Assembly: GCA_963792365.1 (NCBI GenBank)
Contig: CAWBVW010000001.1
Location: 912,592 to 976,591, forward strand
Source of the DNA: an uncultured bacterium
GTDB taxonomy: Bacteria > Actinomycetota > Acidimicrobiia > Spongiisociales > ZC4RG35
Direction of reading: 5' to 3'
Length of the DNA stretch: 64,000 bases
Made by a program: the position numbers and the translations under genes. Under the pieces are notes generated by a model. That model was given only the letters and a program-made list of their open reading frames with translations, did not search any database and had not been told where the DNA came from. This document shows positions 50,398 through 59,362 of this stretch, in pieces; within the stretch, counting starts at the first letter, position 1; every line of letters begins with the position of its first letter.

Positions 50398-51333
50398 TCA
50401 GCTGGAGCGGTCCCACCAATCGAGCACCCGGAGGGCACGAAGTGTGTTCCAGCGGCTCGGCGCACCCCGGTCTTCAACGTCGAAGAGGACGCGACCCGGA
50501 TGAATGCGATCGAGCAGCCATCGGCCGTCGAACTGCCGTTTCGATCGGACGAGCTCCACGGCGTCAGCCATTCGAGGGTCCGGGTCGGCGTCCGAACGCC
50601 GGAAGTAGTCGAGGGCACGCAAGACGTCGTAGTGCCAGTAGAACGGGAACCCGAACTCGAGGTAGGCCGGGTCGACGACGCCACCTGTGCTCTGGCGCCG
50701 AAAGAGATCTCGGGAGAGGAGATACTCCTCGCCACTGCGTCGCGCCACCCGGACCTCATTGGATTCGCCGGTCGCCCGCTCGAACTCGAGCAGCCCATCG
50801 AGCACGTTGATCGTCGTGTCGATCGAGGATCGAACGGATCCGTTTTCGGCCTCACAGTTCCAACCGCCATCGTCGAGCCGCTCATCCAGGATCCGTTCGA
50901 CGATCGGCGCCACATCCACGCCGAAGTAGGCGCCGGTCTCGATCGTCCTGCCGTTGATGCACGGCTCGACCTCGCCATCGAAGTATCGCTGCCCGTCGTG
51001 TTCCCAGCGCCCGTTCTTGGCAACGAGGGCGATCGCCCTGCGAGCGGACTCCGAAGCCGGATCCAGCCCGAGAATCTGCAGAGTCTGCAGCGTGTGCATC
51101 GTGGCCGTCCACGGCTGACCGGGCTCACCGCCCCGGTACGCCCTTGGGAAGCAGGCGCCGCCGTCCCACAGGCCGTCGGGATCCTCCAGGCCCAAGAGGC
51201 GAGCACCCCATCCCTCGTACTCGACCCGTGCTCGTTCGGCGGCCACTTCAGCCGGAGGTGAATCCTGAAGGTCGGCCATCACCTGCCAGCGGACGGCAGG
51301 ATCTCCGTCGAGAAGCCAGTCGATCACGTTCAT
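50398..51333 (-). CDS. prenyltransferase/squalene-cyclase-repeat (alpha/alpha toroid)-like protein; intact paralog of the 22.1-kb pseudogene
   Basis: 311 aa; DGGW-type repeat (LDDGGWNCEAENGSVRSSIDTTINVLDGL, LWDGGACF) reminiscent of the QxxDGGW terpenoid cyclase/PFTB repeat; family assignment tentative. Confidence 0.55.
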   Translation of the reverse strand: MNVIDWLLDGDPAVRWQVMADLQDSPPAEVAAERARVEYEGWGARLLGLEDPDGLWDGGACFPRAYRGGEPGQPWTATMHTLQTLQILGLDPASESARRAIALVAKNGRWEHDGQRYFDGEVEPCINGRTIETGAYFGVDVAPIVERILDERLDDGGWNCEAENGSVRSSIDTTINVLDGLLEFERATGESNEVRVARRSGEEYLLSRDLFRRQSTGGVVDPAYLEFGFPFYWHYDVLRALDYFRRSDADPDPRMADAVELVRSKRQFDGRWLLDRIHPGRVLFDVEDRGAPSRWNTLRALRVLDWWDRSS

Positions 51334-51480
51334 CCGCGCAGCCTACGTCTGGTTGCGGACCACCGGCTTCCGGGAAGGGCGGCAGCCGAAAGGCAAAGGC
51401 ATGTGGCGTTTCCGCCTCGTGCACGTCCGGGTCTTCGCACCAGGGTTCCTTGGCTCCGGCTCGGCTGGGAACGATGTCGG

Positions 51481-51987
51481 CTACGTCAGGAGATCATCGG
51501 CTCGACGTCGGATATCCTCGAACACCGAGATGGCTTGCTCGGATTTTCCCTGAGCGCTGGTGTCCGCCCAGTCGGAGGTTGCCGACTGCACCCAGCGGCC
51601 GTACTCGACGAGCATGGTGCCGTACTCGAGGAGGAACTCCCCGGCCAGGGCGATCAGGTGATATCGCTGCGGGAACTCGGTGCCCGACTCCAGATACACG
51701 GTCGCACGCCGTCGGACCACCTCGAGCACTGTGCGCCCGTCTGCTTCGACCCCGGCAGCCATGGCTCTGAGATCTTCCATCGACCCGTATTCGGCGAAGA
51801 ACAGCCGCCCGAGCATCTCGGATTCGATCTTGGTCGATGACGGCTCCCGATCCGCCAGCCAATCTCGAAGTGCGTGGAGGCCTTTGTCCGTGATGGTGTA
51901 CCGGACGCGTCGCCGACCGACAATCTCGTGGCGTATCTGGGACGGCAGCCATGATCCCTGGAGAGACCCTTTCCCCGCACACCACAA
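51481..51987 (-). CDS. PadR-like transcriptional regulator, apparently N-terminally truncated or frameshifted
   Basis: GRRRVRYTITDKGLHALRDWLA resembles the PadR wing plus C-terminal Vir_act_alpha_C-like domain; no room for a full winged-helix N-terminus (TTG start). Confidence 0.4.
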   Translation of the reverse strand: MWCAGKGSLQGSWLPSQIRHEIVGRRRVRYTITDKGLHALRDWLADREPSSTKIESEMLGRLFFAEYGSMEDLRAMAAGVEADGRTVLEVVRRRATVYLESGTEFPQRYHLIALAGEFLLEYGTMLVEYGRWVQSATSDWADTSAQGKSEQAISVFEDIRRRADDLLT

Positions 51988-52382
51988 GGGCGGCCGCTCG
52001 CAACAACGAAGCCCTGGTCCGAGCGATGATCGATGCCTTCCGGGCCGGCGACCTCGCCGCTGTCGCTGCGAGCTTCGCGCCGGACGGGATCTGGGACCTT
52101 CCAGGGCGAGGCCTCCTCGCCGGCAAGTACGAGGGACCGGAGGAGATCACCAGTTTCCTCGCCCGCGCCCACCAGCTGTCGGGCGGTACCTTGCGACTCC
52201 AGGTGCTCGACGTGCTCTCGAGCCCGAAGGGAGCAGCGCACCTGCAACGGGTCACCGCCGAGAAGCCTGATGCCACGCTCGACTGTGTCGAGACGCTCGT
52301 CCACGAGATCGAGGACGGTCACATAACCCGCACATATCACCGGCCAGACGCTCACGCGCTCGACGACTTCTTTGGCGCCTGA
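51951..52382 (+). CDS. SnoaL/NTF2-like fold protein
   Basis: 143 aa; ..NEALVRAMIDAFRAGDLAAVAASFAPDGIWDLPG... typical of SnoaL-like polyketide cyclase/ketosteroid isomerase-like domains. Confidence 0.75.
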   Translation: MIPGETLSPHTTRAAARNNEALVRAMIDAFRAGDLAAVAASFAPDGIWDLPGRGLLAGKYEGPEEITSFLARAHQLSGGTLRLQVLDVLSSPKGAAHLQRVTAEKPDATLDCVETLVHEIEDGHITRTYHRPDAHALDDFFGA

Positions 52383-52478
52383 GCCCGATCTCGGGCCAAA
52401 CCGGCAACGTGAAGGGAATGAACAGTTCATCCCCTTCACCGGTCGTTTCGTGCGCCGCCGGCTCGGAGACCGCGATCG

Positions 52479-53357
52479 ATGGCGGGAATCGCCGACCGCC
52501 ATCTCCGAGTCGAACAAGGCTTCGGTATCGCCGAGGCTGGTTCCTTGGATGTCACCCCTTGCACCCCATTGGTTCGTCTCAATGACATGATCACCTCTCA
52601 CGCAGGCGTGTCCCAAGGGTTGTCGGTCGGTCGGCGGATCGGAATCGCCGGCCTGGCCGCCCTTTTGGGTGGGGTCTTGGTTCTCGGAATCGGGGGCCGG
52701 TTGGCGATGCGTCTGTCGGGGGCGATGGCGATCACGAACGACGCAAACACCCGGTTCATGTTGACAGGCGACGGATTCCGGATCGGACACATCAGCCTCG
52801 ACGGGTCGCTCGGCCTCGTTCTCTTCGGCGGAGTGTTCGGCTCGATCATCGCCGGTGGCTACTGGGCTCTGCTGAAGGACCACCTCCCACGGAAGCGACG
52901 ACTCCTCCTTGCAGGCGTCGCAGCGGCCGCCGTCGGGGGTAATGCATTCGTCCGGACCGACAACATCGACTTCGTGATATTGCAGCCGGTGATCATGAAC
53001 GTCGTGCTCTATCCGGTCTTGTGTGCAATCGCCGGAGTCACGATCGTCGCCCTGGACCACAAGATCGAAGGGCTTGCACGGACTTCGACGATCCTGAGTA
53101 GCGCCCTGCTCACGGCATTCGGGATGGTAGGTGCGGCGATGGTCGGGACGCTCATGATCGTGAGCGTGCTCGACGACCCGTGGCCGGCACTCGAGCTGGC
53201 GGCGCTTTCGGCGGTCACCGTTCCGTTGTGGGTACGAGAGATCATGGGTCGCGAACCAGTCGTGTGGCTGACGCGATCGGCCGGGTTCGTGGCCGGCGCC
53301 GTGATCCTCGCCGAGTGGATGCGGCTGGTCAGAACTGCGGCGTTGATCCTGCAGTGA
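52479..53357 (+). CDS. integral membrane protein of unknown function (about 7 TM)
   Basis: Multiple hydrophobic helices (GIAGLAALLGGVLVLGIGG, LGLVLFGGVFGSIIAGGYWALL, etc.); start probably internal (about 52586). Confidence 0.6.
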   Translation: MAGIADRHLRVEQGFGIAEAGSLDVTPCTPLVRLNDMITSHAGVSQGLSVGRRIGIAGLAALLGGVLVLGIGGRLAMRLSGAMAITNDANTRFMLTGDGFRIGHISLDGSLGLVLFGGVFGSIIAGGYWALLKDHLPRKRRLLLAGVAAAAVGGNAFVRTDNIDFVILQPVIMNVVLYPVLCAIAGVTIVALDHKIEGLARTSTILSSALLTAFGMVGAAMVGTLMIVSVLDDPWPALELAALSAVTVPLWVREIMGREPVVWLTRSAGFVAGAVILAEWMRLVRTAALILQ

Positions 53358-53378
53358 AACTCGCTCGGCGGACGCGCC

Positions 53379-55784
53379 GTGCTCCCCGTTAGGGTCGCGG
53401 CGATGAGTCGCGACTCCGCCGACGTTGCCTGCACGCTGGTGAACCGGCGCGCGCAGATCGCCGAGCTCTGGCATGCCATCCAGGCAGCCGACCGCGTCGC
53501 CATCGACACCGAAGTGCCGATCGACGGACCCCGCAAGGGCGAACTACGTGTGATGTCGATCGCCACCCGGTCGGAATCCGGCGAGCAAGCATTTGTCGTC
53601 GACGCCCGAGACCTGGACCCCACGCTGCTCGGCCCGATGCTCGACGGAGTGACCGCCGACGCCTGGAACGCCAACTTCGACGCCCGAGTGATCGACGCCG
53701 CCGTGTGGCACTCCTCGGACACCACGCCCGGCATCACGTGGTGGGACGCCCAGCTGGGCGACGCCCTCATCCACCAGGGACGGAGCGGGTTCAGCTGGTA
53801 TCACGGACTGGCCTGGGCGACCTCGCACTATCTGGGCATCGACGCCGAGGGCAAAGGCACGGTCCAGCTGTCATACACCGCCACCGACGATCTGACCCCC
53901 GAACAGATCTCCTATGCGGCGGCCGACGCCCTCCACACCCTCTGGGTCGCCGATGAGATCCGCTCCGAAATCGAACGCTCTCGACTCACCGAGATCTGCC
54001 AGATCGAACAGGACGCACGCCCGTTTCTCGACCAGATGGAGCGCACGGGTCTGCCGTTCGACTGGGAGGGTTGGCGCACCGAGCTGGAGCGCATCGAAAC
54101 CCGGCATCGGTCGGTGATCGACCGTCTGGCCATGCTCACCGGTGGTGGACAGGCGACGCTGTTCGACCAGACCGTGGAGCCCACGTGGAACCCCGCGTCG
54201 GACCCGCAGGTACGCGAGGTGCTGAACCGGTGGGCGGAACCGGAGGTCCGGGCATGGACCCTGAGCCGTGACGGGGCTGCTCGGCTCCTCACCGGTAGCG
54301 ACTCGCTGAGGGCGGGCGTGCTGAAGGAGATCGGCGGCGAGCTGTGCCAAACGCTGCTCGAGTTCCGCAACCAGGCGAAGATCCTCACCACCTACGGCGA
54401 CTCGATCGCCGAGCACCTCCATCCCGACGGTCGCCTCAGGCCCCAGTACCTGCAGGTGGTCGGTACCAACACCGGACGGCTGGCCAGCCGAAACCCCAAT
54501 GCCCAGAACTTCACGCCGCTGATGAAGCCATACCTGCGACCCAACCACCCGGACCGAGTGTTCGTTCACGCCGACCTCAGCCAGGCCGAACTTCGCTACC
54601 TGGCACAGGTGGCCGAAGACGAGCCCCTCCGACTGGCCTTCGCCCGGGGGGACGACGTCCATGTGACGACTGCCGCCTCCATGTTCGGGTTCGACCCCGA
54701 CGAGCTCGCCCGCACCGATCCCACGCGGTTCAAGCGGCTGAGGCAGATCGCCAAGGCGCTCAATTTCGGAATCGCCTACGGATCGGGACCGGCGGCGCTC
54801 GGCCGGTCGCTCACGAGCGAGGGAACTCCGACGACCACCGACGAGGCCGCGGAACTGCTCACCCAGTACCGCCGTACCTACCCGGGGACCGCCACCTGGG
54901 CGGAGAACCGAATTGCCGAGATCCGTCAGATCAGCGAGGAGACTGCGGCCATCGACTGGCCGATGTCTATGCGTCTCGCCCGTGGCTTCCGCGACGTCCA
55001 CGCCATCCGGAGGGAGCTGCGAGAGACCCTGAACCGCTGGCCGACCGCAGAGGAGATCGTCGAGCAGCATCCAGACCGACTCGGGTCGGATGTCGATGCT
55101 CTCCGAGATGACGTCGAGTGGCTGCTCCGCTACTCCGCCCCGGTCGCGCTCGTCCCGGGCGGCAATCCATTTCGGTTCTCCAGCCGGACGCTCGCCGGCC
55201 GGCGCCAGCAGTTCGAGCTGCACCTCGATCGGTTGTTCCTCGGAACCGTGATCGCAGCGTTCCGATCCGACGAACCCGGGTTCGCCGAGGTTCGTCGGCG
55301 GTTCGTGCTCGACCACGGGGTGGAACTCCCCCATGGCGAGCCACGAGAGTCCGAGGTCGAACGGCTTTTCGAAGAGCGTCGCCTCCGCCGGTTCTTCGTC
55401 GAGACCATCTCCGCCGAGCTCGGCGAACAGACTGCTCACGCGTGTCTGGCTCGCTCGGCCCGTGAGCGGGTGTCGACGATGGTCAACGCCTGGCGCAATG
55501 CACCCATCCAGGGTGGCGTCGCAGACATCATGCTGGTCGCCTACGCCGACCTGCACCGGCGTCTCGCCGCCGTCCCGAGCGCCCGGCCGGTGCAGACCGT
55601 CCACGACTCGGTGGTCATCGAGTGCGACCGCACCGACGCCGACCGCGTCGTCGCGGAAGTCACCGCAGCGCTCGAAGCGGCCTCCCGCCGCTTCTGTCCC
55701 GACGTGGCACCGAAGGCAGACGTCGACATCCGCACCTCGCTTGCCGAGGCAGACGTACTGGCTCCAGAGGAGAGTCGAGCGTGA
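53379..55784 (+). CDS. family-A (PolA-like) DNA polymerase with 3'-5' exonuclease domain, no 5' nuclease, and a large insertion between motifs B and C
   Basis: Exo I VAIDTEV; PolA motif A VHADLSQAELRYLAQ, motif B RQIAKALNFGIAYGSG, NAPIQGGVADIM, motif C VQTVHDSVVIEC; about 190 aa between motif B and the PIQG helix instead of the usual 50. Confidence 0.75.
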   Translation: MLPVRVAAMSRDSADVACTLVNRRAQIAELWHAIQAADRVAIDTEVPIDGPRKGELRVMSIATRSESGEQAFVVDARDLDPTLLGPMLDGVTADAWNANFDARVIDAAVWHSSDTTPGITWWDAQLGDALIHQGRSGFSWYHGLAWATSHYLGIDAEGKGTVQLSYTATDDLTPEQISYAAADALHTLWVADEIRSEIERSRLTEICQIEQDARPFLDQMERTGLPFDWEGWRTELERIETRHRSVIDRLAMLTGGGQATLFDQTVEPTWNPASDPQVREVLNRWAEPEVRAWTLSRDGAARLLTGSDSLRAGVLKEIGGELCQTLLEFRNQAKILTTYGDSIAEHLHPDGRLRPQYLQVVGTNTGRLASRNPNAQNFTPLMKPYLRPNHPDRVFVHADLSQAELRYLAQVAEDEPLRLAFARGDDVHVTTAASMFGFDPDELARTDPTRFKRLRQIAKALNFGIAYGSGPAALGRSLTSEGTPTTTDEAAELLTQYRRTYPGTATWAENRIAEIRQISEETAAIDWPMSMRLARGFRDVHAIRRELRETLNRWPTAEEIVEQHPDRLGSDVDALRDDVEWLLRYSAPVALVPGGNPFRFSSRTLAGRRQQFELHLDRLFLGTVIAAFRSDEPGFAEVRRRFVLDHGVELPHGEPRESEVERLFEERRLRRFFVETISAELGEQTAHACLARSARERVSTMVNAWRNAPIQGGVADIMLVAYADLHRRLAAVPSARPVQTVHDSVVIECDRTDADRVVAEVTAALEAASRRFCPDVAPKADVDIRTSLAEADVLAPEESRA

Positions 55785-56066
55785 GGCGAGTTGCCGTTCC
55801 GTATCCACGCTGTGGCTGACCGGGCCTGACGACCCGCATCTATCAGCGGTGGCCGATCGAGTTCGCGTTCACGCCAGGCCGCCCCACGGGGACGAGTGCG
55901 GGCCTTTCTCCGACGAAGTGTGGTCGTGCTGGGGCTACGAGTTCGGATCGACGAGAAACCCCCGGAACAGGGTCGAACGCTGTGGGTCTCACCGAAACTC
56001 GCACGCCGCGAGTGGGAAGGGCCGTACCGTTCCCTAGGAGTCGAGGATCGGATATGCTGGCATATC

Positions 56067-56288
56067 ATGAAACGGACCACCGTGAAGCTGCCCGATGAGG
56101 TCGATGCCCGGCTCCGCCACGAGGCGGAACGGCGGGGAATCACGGTTTCTGAGCTGACCCGCGAAGCGATCGAGCAGCATCTCGGCGGTCGACAGCGCCA
56201 CCTTCGCGCAGCAGGCGCCGGAAACAGCGGACGCGACGACATCTCCGAACGTATCGAAGAGATCCTCGCAGCCGAGGTGGCCCGATAA
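56067..56288 (+). CDS. ribbon-helix-helix (CopG-family) antitoxin
   Basis: MKRTTVKLPDEVDARLRHEAERRGITVSELTREAIEQHL is a canonical RHH; internal start of ORF 55896..56288. Confidence 0.75.
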   Translation: MKRTTVKLPDEVDARLRHEAERRGITVSELTREAIEQHLGGRQRHLRAAGAGNSGRDDISERIEEILAAEVAR

Positions 56289-56698
56289 CCCTCCTCGTCG
56301 ACGCGGGACCCCTCTACGCCTACGTCGATGCCGACGATCGGCATCATGCCGAGTCGCTCGACCTGCTGCTGCGATACCCGGGGCCCCTGGTCGTTCCGGC
56401 TCTCGTGATCACCGAAGTGGCGTACCTCATCGGGAGTCGGCTCGGCCCCGACGCCGAGGTCCGTTTCCTCGGGGACCTCGCGGCTGGTGAATTCTCCATC
56501 GAGAGCGTGATGGCGGGCGACTGGCTTCGAATCGCCGAACTCGTGGCTCGATATCGCGACCTCTCCCTGGGGACAGTCGATGGCTCGGTCGTCGCAACCG
56601 CGGAGCGACTCCGCATCACCACGATCGCCACGCTCGATCGCCGGCACTTTTCAGTCGTGCGCCCCACCCACACCGACGCGTTCGAGCTCTTGCCCTGA
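56282..56698 (+). CDS. PIN-domain toxin (VapC-like); start codon not identifiable
   Basis: ..ITLLVDAGPLYAYVDADDRHH...PALVITEVAYLIG...LSLGTVDGSVVATAERL.IATLDRRHF contains the PIN acidic residues; reading frame open from the RHH stop but no ATG/GTG/TTG before the conserved N-terminal D. Confidence 0.65.
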   Translation, partial: PITLLVDAGPLYAYVDADDRHHAESLDLLLRYPGPLVVPALVITEVAYLIGSRLGPDAEVRFLGDLAAGEFSIESVMAGDWLRIAELVARYRDLSLGTVDGSVVATAERLRITTIATLDRRHFSVVRPTHTDAFELLP

Positions 56699-56752
56699 GA
56701 CGCCACGCGCCATGAAGCCGACGGCTCGGCGGGCTGCTCGTGGTGGCAAGCT

Positions 56753-59227
56753 GTGTGCATGTCAACCCAGCTTGTTCCCGACATCCCGGACCGCGCTCGA
56801 GTGGTGATCATCGGAGGCGGCATCATCGGCGTCAGCGTCGCCTATCACCTGGCCGACCTCGGCTGGATTGATGTGGTCGTGTGCGAGCGGGACCGCCTGA
56901 CGTCGGGGACCACCTGGCACGCAGCCGGACTGATGGTCACGTTCGGGTCGATGTCGTCGACATCGACTGAGATGCGCCTCTACACCCGTGATCTGTACAC
57001 CCGGCTCGAGGCAGAGACGGGCCTCAGCACCGGTTTCAAGCCGGTCGGATTCATCGAACTGGCCGCCGACACCGACCGGCTGGAGGAGTACCGGAGGGTC
57101 GCTGCCTTCAACCGTTTCTGCGGTGTCGACGTGCACGAGATCGGTCCGGACGAGGTCCGTAGTCGATTCCCGCTCGCTCGCACCGAGGACATCCTCGCAG
57201 GCTTCTTGGTCCCCGAAGACGGGCGGGTCAACCCGGTCGACGCCACCATGTCGCTCGCGTCCGGTGCCCGCCGAAAAGGAGTTCGCATCCTCGAGGGTAC
57301 GCCGGTGACCGGCATCATCTCGGATCGGGGGGCGGTGACCGGTGTGCGGACACCGAGGGGCGACATCGAAGCCGAATACGTCGTCAACTGTGCCGGAATG
57401 TGGGCACGCCAGCTCGGCGACGAAGCCGGGATCACCATCCCGCTGCAGGCCGCCGAGCACTACTACCTCATCACGGAACAGATCCCGGAGATCGACGGGT
57501 CGTGGCCGGTGATCGAAGACCCCGCCTCCCACGCCTATTACCGCGAAGAGGTGGGAGGGCTGATGATCGGGCTGTTCGAGCCGCAGTGCGCGCCGTGGAA
57601 CGTGGACCGCATACCGGAGACGTTCTCGTTCGGCGAGATCTCACCCGACTGGGACCGCATGGGGCCGTACCTGGAAACTGCGATGAGTCGTGTCCCGATC
57701 TCACACGAGACGGGCATACGGAAGTTCTTCTGCGGCCCCGAGAGCTTCACCCCGGATCTCTCCCCGGTGGTCGGCGAAGCACCCGAGCTGCGTAACTACT
57801 TCGTCGCGGCCGGCCTCAATTCGATCGGAATCCTCACCGGAGGCGGCCTCGGCCGACTGGTCGCCAGATGGATCGTGGACGGACGGCCGGACACCGACGT
57901 CACCGGTATCAACATCGATCGGCTTCTCCCCTATCAGACCGATCCCGACTACCGCCGGCAACGGACGGTGGAGTCGCTCGGGATGGTCTACCAATGCCAC
58001 TACCCGAACCGGTCGATGCAGACGGCCCGAGGCGCGAAGCTGTCTCCGATCCACGACCGGCTCGCCGCTCGCGGCGCGTACTTCCGCGAAGTGAGCGGCT
58101 GGGAGGGCGCGGACTGGTACGCCCCCGAAGGCGAGAAGCCGGCCGTCGACCAGCTGTCGTGGGGGCGCGAGAATTGGTTCCCGTACTGGCAGGCCGAGCA
58201 CGAGGCGGCCCGCACCGGTGTCGTGGTGATGGACATGTCGTTCATGTCCAAGTTCCGGGTCGAGGGCGCCGATTCCGGCGCACTGCTCGAGCGGATCTCG
58301 GCGAACCGAGTCGCCGGCGAACCCGGCTTCATCACGTACACGCAGTGGCTGAACGAGACAGGGAAGCTCGAGGCGGACCTCACAGTGACCATGCTCGACG
58401 ACGGCCGGTTCTGGGTCGTCGCCACCGACACCGCCCACCGCCACGTCGAGACGTGGATGCGCCGTCACACGCTTTCGTCCGAGCGCGTCACCGTCACCGA
58501 CGTCACCGCCGACCACGCCCAGATCAACGTCCAGGGTCCCCGGTCGCGTGAGCTGCTGCAGACTGTGACATCGGCCGACTTGTCCGACGCCGCCTTTCCG
58601 TTCAGGGCGGCTCGAGAGGTCGCCATCGGCTCCGCCCCGGTGCTGTGCATCCGCATCACCTACGTCGGCGAGCTCGGGTACGAGCTGTACGTGCCGGCGA
58701 ATCAGGCGATCGACGTGTACGACCGCATCGTTGCGGCAGGAGAAAGGTTCGACCTCGCACACGCCGGCTTGAAGGCCCTGGGCAGTCTGCGGATGGAGAA
58801 GGCGTATCGGGATTACGGCCACGACATCGACAACACGGACGCCGTGTGGGAGGCGGGGCTCGGATTCGCGGTCGACCTCGACAAACCCGGGGGGTTCATC
58901 GGGTGCGAGGCGGCAGCCGCCGCCAAGGCTGCCGGCCCCCCGACCTCCCGGCTGGTCCAGGTGCTGGTAACCGATCCCGAGCCGCTGATGTTCCACGGCG
59001 AGGTGGTGTATCGAGACGGCAGCCCGGTCGGATACGTGCGCTCCGCGTCGTACGGCTTCTCGCTCGCCGGTGCGGTGGGACTGGCGATGGTCTCGGGCGA
59101 CGACCCGATCACACAGACCGCCATGGATGCCGCCGAGTGGGAGGTCGAGATCGCCGGCAACCGCTTCCCAGCAGTGGTGTCACTCCGCCCCCTGTACGAC
59201 CCGACGAACGTACGGATTCGAGCCTGA
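56753..59227 (+). CDS. FAD-dependent oxidoreductase fused to a glycine-cleavage T-protein (aminomethyltransferase) domain (dimethylglycine/sarcosine dehydrogenase family)
   Basis: N-terminal DAO-type Rossmann VVIIGGGIIGVSVAYHLA; C-terminal GcvT domains (folate-binding); 824 aa matches the DMGDH/SARDH architecture. Confidence 0.85.
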   Translation: MCMSTQLVPDIPDRARVVIIGGGIIGVSVAYHLADLGWIDVVVCERDRLTSGTTWHAAGLMVTFGSMSSTSTEMRLYTRDLYTRLEAETGLSTGFKPVGFIELAADTDRLEEYRRVAAFNRFCGVDVHEIGPDEVRSRFPLARTEDILAGFLVPEDGRVNPVDATMSLASGARRKGVRILEGTPVTGIISDRGAVTGVRTPRGDIEAEYVVNCAGMWARQLGDEAGITIPLQAAEHYYLITEQIPEIDGSWPVIEDPASHAYYREEVGGLMIGLFEPQCAPWNVDRIPETFSFGEISPDWDRMGPYLETAMSRVPISHETGIRKFFCGPESFTPDLSPVVGEAPELRNYFVAAGLNSIGILTGGGLGRLVARWIVDGRPDTDVTGINIDRLLPYQTDPDYRRQRTVESLGMVYQCHYPNRSMQTARGAKLSPIHDRLAARGAYFREVSGWEGADWYAPEGEKPAVDQLSWGRENWFPYWQAEHEAARTGVVVMDMSFMSKFRVEGADSGALLERISANRVAGEPGFITYTQWLNETGKLEADLTVTMLDDGRFWVVATDTAHRHVETWMRRHTLSSERVTVTDVTADHAQINVQGPRSRELLQTVTSADLSDAAFPFRAAREVAIGSAPVLCIRITYVGELGYELYVPANQAIDVYDRIVAAGERFDLAHAGLKALGSLRMEKAYRDYGHDIDNTDAVWEAGLGFAVDLDKPGGFIGCEAAAAAKAAGPPTSRLVQVLVTDPEPLMFHGEVVYRDGSPVGYVRSASYGFSLAGAVGLAMVSGDDPITQTAMDAAEWEVEIAGNRFPAVVSLRPLYDPTNVRIRA

Positions 59228-59258
59228 GCGGCACGGGTCCCACGCAAGACCCAGACCC

Positions 59259-59345
59259 GTTTTCGCGCACAGAAGGTGCGCTATTCACGCACTTTGTGCG
59301 CGAAAACCCGGATCTCAGCCGACCCCCCGGGTCGTCCGGGGGGTC
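59259..59345. terminator. two consecutive GC-rich hairpins between convergent genes (bidirectional terminator candidates)
   Basis: gttttcgcgcaca...tgtgcgcgaaaac (13-bp stem, 59259-59307) and gaccccccgg-gtcgtc-cggggggtc (59321-59345) between gene ends at 59227 (+) and 59363 (-). Confidence 0.6.
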
Positions 59346-59362
59346 GGCGTTCCGGATTGAAC

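Noticed and set aside
51654-53474. 606-aa minus-strand ORF spanning PadR-like, NTF2-like and membrane-protein genes
   Set aside because: Low-complexity Arg/Pro/Gly-rich translation overlapping three better-supported genes
53871-55808. 645-aa minus-strand ORF over the PolA-like gene
   Set aside because: Antisense to a gene with all PolA motifs; shadow ORF
57701-58996. 431-aa minus-strand ORF over the DMGDH-like gene
   Set aside because: Antisense shadow ORF
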